Assembly: GCA_049517415.1 (NCBI GenBank) | Contig: JBEKSC010000039.1 | Coordinates: 1 to 15,591 of the forward strand | Length of the DNA stretch: 15,591 nucleotides | Origin: Candidatus Bathyarchaeia archaeon | Lineage (GTDB): Archaea > Thermoproteota > Bathyarchaeia > 40CM-2-53-6 | Direction: 5' to 3' | Shown: piece by piece, positions 1-6,064 of the stretch | How positions within the stretch are numbered: the first letter of the stretch is position 1 | How the letters are laid out: every line of letters begins with the position of its first letter | Notes under the pieces: generated by a model | Databases searched by the model: none | What the model was told of the DNA's origin: nothing | What the model saw: only the letters and a program-made list of their open reading frames with translations | Position numbers and translations under genes: made by a program

Positions 1-114
1 GACGCCAGGGAATACGCGGACAATAGAGTTCAGGTCAATATTCTGATGGAGATTACCTGTCGCGACCACGTTCTCAATGTTGATGTACGCTTTATGTTCG
101 GCCAGAGGGCGCAC
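1..114 (-). CDS. tbp: TATA-box-binding protein, N-terminal part (runs off the left edge; not in the ORF track)
   Basis: The minus frame reads VRPLAEHKAYINIENVVATGNLHQNIDLNSIVRVFPGV, the archaeal TBP first-repeat pattern (I-N-I-E-N-V-V-A...I-D-L-N...PGV). An in-frame TAG at 144-142 bounds the start to GTG 114 or CTG 105. Confidence 0.88.
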   Translation of the reverse strand, partial: MRPLAEHKAYINIENVVATGNLHQNIDLNSIVRVFPGV

Positions 115-141
115 CCGAGTGATACTTGCCTGTCTGTGCAA

Positions 142-258
142 CTAAACTCGTGGGCAATTCTCGAAGCCGCATTTCTGGCAAACTCCTCGTTTTCCTTCTT
201 GGATAGATATCAACATAGCAAGCTCCGAGGCCGAATGCTCAAGGTCAGGTAAGAACAT
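142..258 (-). CDS. Possible 38-aa peptide or gene remnant with one CxxC
   Basis: ATG258 to TAG142 gives MFLPDLEHSASELAMLISIQEGKRGVCQKCGFENCPRV. It is in the same frame as tbp and starts right beside the repeat. It may be non-coding. Confidence 0.15.
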   Translation of the reverse strand: MFLPDLEHSASELAMLISIQEGKRGVCQKCGFENCPRV

Positions 259-261
259 GTC

Positions 262-356
262 TGTGTGTGGTATCAATGGTGCGAGCATCGTGATTTGAAC
301 CGTCGTCGTTCGTCGTCAGAAAAAGTGTGTGTGGGTCTAATGGTGCGCACACACAC
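262..356 (-). repeat. Composite repeat, full copy 1 (short ACCA arm + (GAC)n spacer + tRNA-3'-like core + (CA)n arm)
   Basis: Identical over 95 bp to 4429-4523. Minus strand 301-277 reads GG TTCAAAT CACGA TGCTCGC A CCA. Internal 9-bp inverted repeat GTGTGTGTG (325-333) / CACACACAC (348-356). Confidence 0.95.
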
Positions 357-389
357 TAAACCCGCGCCCCTTCGGGGCGGAATGGTAGG
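348..389. repeat. (CA)n tract + GC hairpin module, copy 1
   Basis: 362-389 matches 1934-1961 at 26/28 and both follow CACACACACT. The stem is CGCCCC-TTC-GGGGCG, a GAA triloop on the minus strand. Confidence 0.9.
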
Positions 390-411
390 CGTGATTGCGC
401 GTGACGGTTGG

Positions 412-1749
412 TTAGGTAGAGGTTGGTTTTCGTCCACCCCGCAACGCGACCGCAATCAATACGGCGGCCAACAAGACTACGGCTGCGAGTATGAGGAGTT
501 GGTTTTGCTGGATCAGGCTCATCAGGTCACTTGATGTTTGAGTTGAAGACGCTGAGGTTTCAGTTGAGGAAGCTGAGGATTGCGTTACTACGGCTGCGTT
601 AACTGTTAGAACCAGGTTGGCCACGTGGCTCAATCCTCCTCCACTCCCGGTCACCGTCAACGTATACGAACCAGTTGCAACATCCCCTGATAATACGACG
701 GTGAGGGTCGAAGCAAAGTCTGGAGCTCCCGAGGGGTTGCTGAAGCCCCCATTGGCGCCCGAAGGCAATCCTGAGAGAGACAATGAAACCTGCGAGTTGA
801 ACCCATTCAAACCAGCAACATTAACCGCATATGAAGTGGTCTCACCTTGAAGCACGGTTTGGGATGGCGGACTCACGTTAATCTGAAAATCAGGAATCTG
901 AGATGCAGTCGAATAGGTCGAAGAGGCTGTAGTCGTTTGCTGTGAGGATGCTTGTGCCACCGTGAAAGTAATGCTCTTCATATTGTTACTCTTGTTCGGG
1001 TCCTGACCCACCGGAATCGTCGCTACACCCCAAGTCAGAGTGTGCGTTCCAGCCGTGGCGATCCAGGTAGTTTGTGTGCTCACTGTCATGGGTGTACCCA
1101 GCGGCCCGGGGTAGGTCAATGATCCACCACCGCAGGATACTCCGTCAATCTGGCAGGCAGCAGCGAACTGTTGCGGAAAAGATCCTACAGAGGAGAGCGC
1201 CATCACCGCCATACTAAACGTGACCGGATCACCGAGATGCGGATCAGGGGGACTCAACGAGACAGAAGTGATCGCCCAATCGGTAGCCGAACCAGAAGCA
1301 GAAGTTGTGGTCGTGACCATGGGAATCACCTGGAAGTTTGCGTATCCCGCTACTACGGCTCCGCCACCTGGCCCTGGTATTATCATCTTGAGAAAAGCTA
1401 CGTAACTTCCAACATTGTATATGGGATCACGCTCCGTCTCGACTACGTCTCCAGAATCAATTCCCCCGTAATGGGCCTCCCAGATACTCGGACAGCTTTG
1501 GCAGGTCGAATAGCCGAGGGTACCTGAGGCCGTGCCTGTGTACTGCACGTTAACGCGGAAGAAAAGATGGAAATTGTAGCCCGCGTAGATTGTGTTGGGC
1601 GGCAGCCCGGTAAACCCGATTGGCTCAATCCAAAGGTCAATACCACTCGCGTTCACGGTCTGCAGAACACCCGCCACAAACCCAGAGATGAGAACGCATG
1701 AGAGAAGCAGAATTACGATTACAACTCGCCTATCGCTAGGAGCCAACAA
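412..1749 (-). CDS. Secreted, membrane-anchored cell-surface protein with CARDB/Ig-like beta-sandwich domains
   Basis: 445 aa with a hydrophobic N-terminal signal. DWAITSVSLSPPDPHLGDPVTF...NKSNN is CARDB-like and DFQINVSPPSQTVLQGETTSY is Ig-like. Ser/Thr linkers, a C-terminal TM helix and a basic tail follow. Confidence 0.85.
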   Translation of the reverse strand: MLAPSDRRVVIVILLLSCVLISGFVAGVLQTVNASGIDLWIEPIGFTGLPPNTIYAGYNFHLFFRVNVQYTGTASGTLGYSTCQSCPSIWEAHYGGIDSGDVVETERDPIYNVGSYVAFLKMIIPGPGGGAVVAGYANFQVIPMVTTTTSASGSATDWAITSVSLSPPDPHLGDPVTFSMAVMALSSVGSFPQQFAAACQIDGVSCGGGSLTYPGPLGTPMTVSTQTTWIATAGTHTLTWGVATIPVGQDPNKSNNMKSITFTVAQASSQQTTTASSTYSTASQIPDFQINVSPPSQTVLQGETTSYAVNVAGLNGFNSQVSLSLSGLPSGANGGFSNPSGAPDFASTLTVVLSGDVATGSYTLTVTGSGGGLSHVANLVLTVNAAVVTQSSASSTETSASSTQTSSDLMSLIQQNQLLILAAVVLLAAVLIAVALRGGRKPTST

Positions 1750-1789
1750 TTATCATGTATATTTCATCGGGCCAAGAATTAGCATTTAC

Positions 1790-1805
1790 GATAACATATG
1801 TTATC
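1790..1805. promoter_or_regulatory. Perfect 16-bp palindrome, candidate operator
   Basis: GATAACATATGTTATC is self-complementary and lies 41-56 bp upstream of the surface-protein start. Confidence 0.5.
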
Positions 1806-1846
1806 AGCCGGAGGCTACGCTCCAGAGAAGACTCGTTAAACATTTG

Positions 1847-1878
1847 AAAGTGTGTGGATCTCCCTGGTGCGCATCAAC
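1847..1878 (-). repeat. Short-type ACCA arm of the repeat family
   Basis: AAAGTGTGTGGATCTCCCTGGTGCGCATCAAC. The 15-mer CTGGTGCGCATCAAC (1864-1878) is identical to 7176-7190. Confidence 0.8.
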
Positions 1879-1887
1879 GCCAACCTA

Positions 1888-1931
1888 ACGGTTCAATTCT
1901 CGATGCTCACACCACTAGACCACACACACTT
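1888..1931 (+). repeat. tRNA-3'-like core + (CA)n arm, plus orientation
   Basis: GG TTCAATT CTCGA TGCTCAC A CCA CTAGACCACACACACTT. About 36/42 identical to the reverse complement of 262-303. Confidence 0.9.
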
Positions 1932-1961
1932 CGCCGCGCCCCTTCGGAGCGAAATGGTAGG
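1921..1961. repeat. (CA)n tract + GC hairpin module, copy 2
   Basis: CCGCGCCCCTTCGGAGCGAAATGGTAGG (1934-1961) is 26/28 identical to 362-389. Confidence 0.9.
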
Positions 1962-2035
1962 ATGTGTTTGCTCATTTTACGGTAGCATAGAAGTATAGGA
2001 TACTAGCCGCTACAGTATTTCTTGAATGCGCAGCT

Positions 2036-3265
2036 TCAGCGGCGCGAATATCGATAGTTTGAACGGCGGCGGTGCCTTGGGTATCGTGATCTTCCCCCGA
2101 ACGCGCGACGAGTTTCACCACTAGATATCCACGATTCCTCTCTCCCCCCAGGGCCAGAGGTGAAGCTAAGTCGCTCAATCCGGTCGTCTGCCATCGATTG
2201 TATTGCTCGAAAGTCGCCATTTTGCTCCGCGGATACTATCGTCACCGCGGTTCCTGTTTTGCCCGCTCGTCCAGTTCGACCAATCCTGTGGAAGTAAGTA
2301 TACGGATTCTGAGGGACGTCATAGTTGATAATGTGTGTAACTCCATCAACATCCAAGCCTCTTCCGGCTAAGTCAGTGGCAACTAGGATACGACTCTGAC
2401 CGCTTCGAAACGTCTTCATTGCTCCATCGCGTTGATGTTGGGTAAGGTCACCGTTCAGTGCTATGGCATCTTGATTTCTCCTCCGGAGTGATTGATTCAA
2501 CCAAAATGTGCTCCGTTTGGTTCGACAGAAAACTATGGCACGATGCACTTCTTTGTCCTGCAGAATTCTCAGCAGCGCATCAAGTTTTCTTTCCGGGTCC
2601 ACTTGGTAGTAGTATTGGCTGATCTCCCTGACGCTGAGATCCTCCGGTTCGATCAGAACTTCGCGAGGATTCTTCATATGTCTACGGGCAAGTTTCAGTA
2701 CATCCTTGGGCATCGTTGCGGAGAAGAACGCGATTTGACGTTTACTTCTAGTCTTAGTTAGAATATGCTCAACGTCACCAATGAAACCCATGTCCAGCAA
2801 CCTGTCAGCCTCATCCAAAACAACGTACTGGACTTTGTCAAGGTGAAGGGATCCGCGTTCTACATGATCGATGACTCGCCCGGGTGTTCCAACTATAATC
2901 TGAGGGCAATCTTCCAAGGCGCGCATTTGAACATTAATTGATTGACCACCATAGATCGCAAGAGCACGCTTGCGAGTGAATCTGCCATACGAGTTAATGT
3001 CGCCTGCTACTTGCACCGCAAGCTCGCGTGTCGGAACTAGCACCAGCGCCTGAATATTCAGATTCTTTTCGTCAACGATCTCCAGGAGCGGTAGCCCGAA
3101 GGCAGCGGTCTTTCCAGTTCCAGTATGCGCTTGACCAATGACATCGCTCCCGTGCCGCAGAAGCGGAATAGTTGCTTCTTGGATCGGAAACTGTCGCTCG
3201 AATCCAAGTGCTTTGATAGCATCCAATATTTCTGGGCTTAAACCCAGTTTCTCGAAAGTACTCAT
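2036..3265 (-). CDS. deaD: DEAD-box ATP-dependent RNA helicase (DeaD/CshA-like)
   Basis: Has the Q motif (F..LGL...PIQ), GTGKT, PTRELA, TPGR, DEAD, SAT, RGLD and HRIGRTGR, plus an Arg-rich tail. Start moved to ATG3265 (MSTFEKLGL) because AAGGAG precedes it. Confidence 0.97.
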   Translation of the reverse strand: MSTFEKLGLSPEILDAIKALGFERQFPIQEATIPLLRHGSDVIGQAHTGTGKTAAFGLPLLEIVDEKNLNIQALVLVPTRELAVQVAGDINSYGRFTRKRALAIYGGQSINVQMRALEDCPQIIVGTPGRVIDHVERGSLHLDKVQYVVLDEADRLLDMGFIGDVEHILTKTRSKRQIAFFSATMPKDVLKLARRHMKNPREVLIEPEDLSVREISQYYYQVDPERKLDALLRILQDKEVHRAIVFCRTKRSTFWLNQSLRRRNQDAIALNGDLTQHQRDGAMKTFRSGQSRILVATDLAGRGLDVDGVTHIINYDVPQNPYTYFHRIGRTGRAGKTGTAVTIVSAEQNGDFRAIQSMADDRIERLSFTSGPGGREESWISSGETRRAFGGRSRYPRHRRRSNYRYSRR

Positions 3266-3483
3266 AGATTTTTTCTCCTTATCTTCCACGTCGCGGGTCC
3301 AAGATGAAGACCGAAGACTGGTTCCGTCTTTCACTTATCGTCGGAACGAGATTTCGGTTGTTTCCTCAGACTTCGGCGACTTCGGTCAGTTGCAGCAAGA
3401 AGAAGAACATGCGGTCAATCGTTGCAAATGACTCGTGCCTCTCGTTCTCGACAACTAACTTAGTGCATTCTCGCCTTGGTTCA

Positions 3484-3489
3484 ATATAA
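3484..3489 (-). promoter_or_regulatory. Candidate TATA box (TTATAT) for the helicase, implying a ~200-nt leader
   Basis: The minus strand reads CTTATATTGAACC about 220 bp upstream of ATG3265. No closer TATA-like box was seen. Confidence 0.4.
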
Positions 3490-3690
3490 GGATAGAAAGA
3501 CAAGTACATCGCAAGAATGTCCTTGCTCTGAACTACGGCTTTGTCTGAATACTCGCGAATGCAGCACTCATCGCCTAGGAAAAATGGGTATGAAAAAACA
3601 GTTCCAAAGGGCACCAGGGTTTCAGTGGGAGAGCTTTGTGGCTCTAACTTACTTCAACTTCCTGCTGCAAGGAAATCTTTGGTTCCTTGA

Positions 3691-3852
3691 TTACTTCGAT
3701 CTCTTCTTTGCTTTCTTCTTCGCTTTCGGCACAGAAATCACGTGTAGATATAATGTGACTGTTGTCGGTTTAACACTTCCGACCACCACGAAGTTCTGTC
3801 CGCGCTGCCAGACTTCCTCGTCTTCTTCCTCTTCGTCTGCTTCTTCTGCCAA
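3691..3852 (-). CDS. Hypothetical 53-aa protein with acidic N-terminus and Lys-rich C-terminus (below the ORF-track cutoff)
   Basis: TTG3852 to TAA3691 gives MAEEADEEEEDEEVWQRGQNFVVVGSVKPTTVTLYLHVISVPKAKKKAKKRSK. The sequence is low complexity and purine-rich, so other frames are also open. Confidence 0.35.
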   Translation of the reverse strand: MAEEADEEEEDEEVWQRGQNFVVVGSVKPTTVTLYLHVISVPKAKKKAKKRSK

Positions 3853-3951
3853 AACGACGAAGTATTGTTAGAATCTTGGGCTCGAATGTTCCTTGTTGAT
3901 GTAGGTTAGTGTGGTTTAGAGTCTTGTTTTCGTGAGTTTTTAGATGGTTCG

Positions 3952-3990
3952 TAGCCCACACACACTTTTACGACGACGAATGAGAGTTCA
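3952..3990 (+). repeat. Degenerate middle part of the composite repeat
   Basis: TAGCCCACACACACTTTTACGACGACGAATGAGAGTTCA versus TAGACCCACACACACTTTTTCTGACGACGAACGACGACGGTTCA (reverse complement of copy 1). Confidence 0.8.
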
Positions 3991-4052
3991 CAACGAAATT
4001 CGTGATTTAGGAGTTTTCTGCTAAATCATTATGGCTATTAGGGCCAAGTCTT

Positions 4053-4068
4053 GTTCAATTCTTGGTGC
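4053..4068 (+). repeat. Truncated tRNA-3'-like core
   Basis: GTTCAATTCTTGGTGC is 14/16 identical to 1891-1906. Confidence 0.5.
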
Positions 4069-4170
4069 ATTCTGTTTTAGAGTTGGTTCCGTCATCGCCC
4101 TGGCCGGGGCTCGGGACTTGTTAGCAATTGGTACAAAGTCAGGTTCTTTCTCAAAAGTTTTCTGGACTTT

Positions 4171-4194
4171 GGGGGGTGGGAATTTGGTGCGCAC
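4171..4194 (-). repeat. Degenerate short-type ACCA arm
   Basis: GGGGGGTGGGAATTTGGTGCGCAC versus GTGTGTGTGGGTCTAATGGTGCGCAC. TGGTGCGCAC is exact. Confidence 0.55.
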
Positions 4195-4227
4195 TATAAG
4201 ACCCTCATAACCCCTAAGAAAAACCTT

Positions 4228-4270
4228 CTAAAACCCTACAACGTCCACGTCTAAAACTCAACATCCACGT
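4228..4270 (+). repeat. Imperfect tandem duplication
   Basis: CTAAAACCCTACAACGTCCACGT is followed directly by CTAAAACTCAACATCCACGT. Confidence 0.65.
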
Positions 4271-4428
4271 GGAAGGGCGAAGATTCGAACGCGCCGCAAT
4301 GGGTCAAGGTTTTGCGTGATCTTGTGGAACTGCGCGACACGACGCTAAAGGAGTTGGTCACTCAGGAATGGCAGGACTGATTTCTGCTCGAGGCGAATTC
4401 TCGCGTCCGGGTTTTGGACCGTCAATTG

Positions 4429-4523
4429 TGTGTGTGGTATCAATGGTGCGAGCATCGTGATTTGAACCGTCGTCGTTCGTCGTCAGAAAAAGTGTGTGTG
4501 GGTCTAATGGTGCGCACACACAC
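4429..4523 (-). repeat. Composite repeat, full copy 2
   Basis: 95/95 identical to 262-356 in the same orientation, offset 4167 bp. Confidence 0.95.
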
Positions 4524-4567
4524 AAATTTGAATTATTGCATTAACATAATGGCACCGATGATAAGAG

Positions 4568-5086
4568 TTGACTAAAGTTAGAGATGTGATGTCCACCAGG
4601 ATACCTCGGGTGAATTCTTCGGCTACCGTCCTGGAAGCCTGTACAATTATGAACCGTGAGAAGGTTTCAGGAGTAGTTGTCTTTCAGGAAGATAAGGCGA
4701 TAGGCATGTTGACTGATAGAGGACTACTCCGAGACTTCGCCCCCTTAAACAAGAGACCGGATGAAGTGAAGGTAAGTGAGGTCATAACGCCGCTCCTTAA
4801 GATAGATGCGGGAGCATCGACGAAAGAGGCGGCCAAGACAATTGTAGGGAATGCGTTCACGAGGGTCGGCGTTTTTGATGGCGACAAGTTCTTGGGCTGG
4901 GTTACGATAACCGACTTGGCAAGAGAGGCTTCAAAGAAGAACTTGCTCGATGCACTGCTTCGTCATAATGAACCAGAACTTGTTGTTGTATGTCCAAATT
5001 GCAGGAAAGGCGTCCTAAGAAAGATTATGAACAAAGAGGGGCAGATTTTGAGATGGGAGTGTTCTCAGTGCGACTTCGTCACTTGA
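4568..5086 (+). CDS. CBS-domain pair (Bateman module) with C-terminal Zn ribbon
   Basis: KVRDVMS...GMLTDRGL...KVSEVI...GWVTITDLA, then CPNC...CSQC. Confidence 0.92.
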   Translation: MTKVRDVMSTRIPRVNSSATVLEACTIMNREKVSGVVVFQEDKAIGMLTDRGLLRDFAPLNKRPDEVKVSEVITPLLKIDAGASTKEAAKTIVGNAFTRVGVFDGDKFLGWVTITDLAREASKKNLLDALLRHNEPELVVVCPNCRKGVLRKIMNKEGQILRWECSQCDFVT

Positions 5087-5138
5087 CGACATGTACTTAG
5101 AACACGTCTGATTAGAGCGCACCTCTCTTCAAAACTAG

Positions 5139-5168
5139 AGTTCAATTTCTGATGCTCGCACCATTAGA
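5139..5168 (+). repeat. tRNA-3'-like core, plus orientation
   Basis: AG TTCAATT TCTGA TGCTCGC A CCA TTAGA. 5140-5165 is 22/26 identical to the reverse complement of 4442-4467, with a 15-bp exact block. Confidence 0.88.
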
Positions 5169-5198
5169 AGCCGCCCCCGCCGCTCTTGACTAGATTAA

Positions 5199-5268
5199 CT
5201 TTACGACGCTGAAGACGACGAACGACGACGCCGACGCTAATACGAACGACGACGACGCGGCGAAGTTC
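5199..5268 (+). repeat. Expanded (GAC)n spacer module
   Basis: Contains GACGACGAACGACGACG (5214-5230), the exact reverse complement of 301-317, plus further CGAACGACGACGACG. Confidence 0.8.
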
Positions 5269-5377
5269 TATGAATCATGGAAATTGAAACACGCGAAGAC
5301 AACAGCACAGTGGCATGTAGCGCTAAATTTGTACGCCCATCAAACCTGCAACACAATTCAGAGCGCGAAGAGAATCA

Positions 5378-5833
5378 TCACCGACTGAGAACCACAGTTC
5401 CATGTCCCATTTGTTTGACTTTCGGAGCCTTTGATTTTACCCAACGGAAAATTTGTAGCGCAACGGACACCAGAAGCAAGACGATTGCAGCATTCTCAAG
5501 AAGAATTTTGAAACGGTCTACCGCTTCTTTCTCCACCGTTGGAACTACATGACTTACGTAGCCAGTAATATATTCAGACCCTATTGCTGTCTCACTCAAG
5601 TTCACTGAAATGGTACATGGGTGTACGGCGCATGACGTTCCTGAGGCAATCGTCGTTGAGGTCATAGGAGTGGACGAAATTTGCGTTACGATACTCACGC
5701 TTGTCTGACTCGTGAAAGGCTGGATGATTTGCGCGGCAAAATAATTGCTGAGAAGCAAGCAAAAGAGAGCTAGCAATCCCAAGACCGTTCCCGCATTTTG
5801 CAGGTATCTATCAAGTCGCGGAGTCGGTTGCAT
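5378..5833 (-). CDS. Hypothetical membrane protein (2 TM, Ser/Thr-rich loop)
   Basis: 151 aa with N- and C-terminal hydrophobic helices flanking a T/S-rich segment. Confidence 0.7.
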   Translation of the reverse strand: MQPTPRLDRYLQNAGTVLGLLALFCLLLSNYFAAQIIQPFTSQTSVSIVTQISSTPMTSTTIASGTSCAVHPCTISVNLSETAIGSEYITGYVSHVVPTVEKEAVDRFKILLENAAIVLLLVSVALQIFRWVKSKAPKVKQMGHGTVVLSR

Positions 5834-5881
5834 GAAAAAACTAAAGGACGAACTTACCTATATCTCAATCAAAATCGTTCG

Positions 5882-6064
5882 TCACCGCTCTTTGCCTCCC
5901 AAGTAGTCTTTGGCTATTGCTTTCGCTTCATCCGCTGTCTTAATCGGCAAAGTCTCTACCCAGTGAGGGTAAGGCTGCTGGGATGTCTCAACAGCGTTAG
6001 GATTCTCGGACCGCCGCCGCGAAGGGCCATCCATCAGCTGTGCTTTTCGGTATTTCGCTACCAA
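5882..6064 (-). CDS. Short hypothetical ORF or gene remnant
   Basis: 60 aa, overlapping the GT2 stop. The amphipathic end IKTADEAKAIAKDYL looks protein-like but no family was recognised. Confidence 0.25.
   Translation of the reverse strand: MVAKYRKAQLMDGPSRRRSENPNAVETSQQPYPHWVETLPIKTADEAKAIAKDYLGGKER

Noticed and set aside
277..348. Functional tRNA gene on the minus strand (T-loop, ACCA end, ~72 nt)
   Set aside because: The T-stem does not pair (GACGG/CACGA), the acceptor stem pairs only 3 bp, and no D or anticodon arms can form from the (CA)n/(GAC)n sequence.
335..417. Canonical integron attC
   Set aside because: RYYYAAC is present but there is no correctly spaced GTTRRRY or L-box pair, and no intI in the window. 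Kept only as a weak analogy.
265..534. ORFs 265-534(+), 273-455(-) and 3770-3961(-)
   Set aside because: They read through repeats or low-complexity tracts. The Arg/Thr/His runs simply reflect (CGT)n and (CA)n.
1866..1893. dif/pdif site (GGTGCGCAT matches the start of the E. coli XerC arm; also at 7178)
   Set aside because: No XerD-like TTATGTTAAAT arm at 6-bp spacing in any copy. The ATTAACATAA at 4540-4549 has no partner arm and sits where the CBS promoter is expected.
3340..3380. Hammerhead ribozyme (CTGAGGA...GAAA on the minus strand)
   Set aside because: The 7 nt between the core motifs (AACAACC) cannot form stem II, and no stems I/III were found.
4270..4290. Second tRNA-like end (GTTCGAATCTTCGCCCTTCCA, minus)
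   Set aside because: No CCA, no T-stem or acceptor partner, and no similarity to the repeat family beyond the loop. Likely chance.
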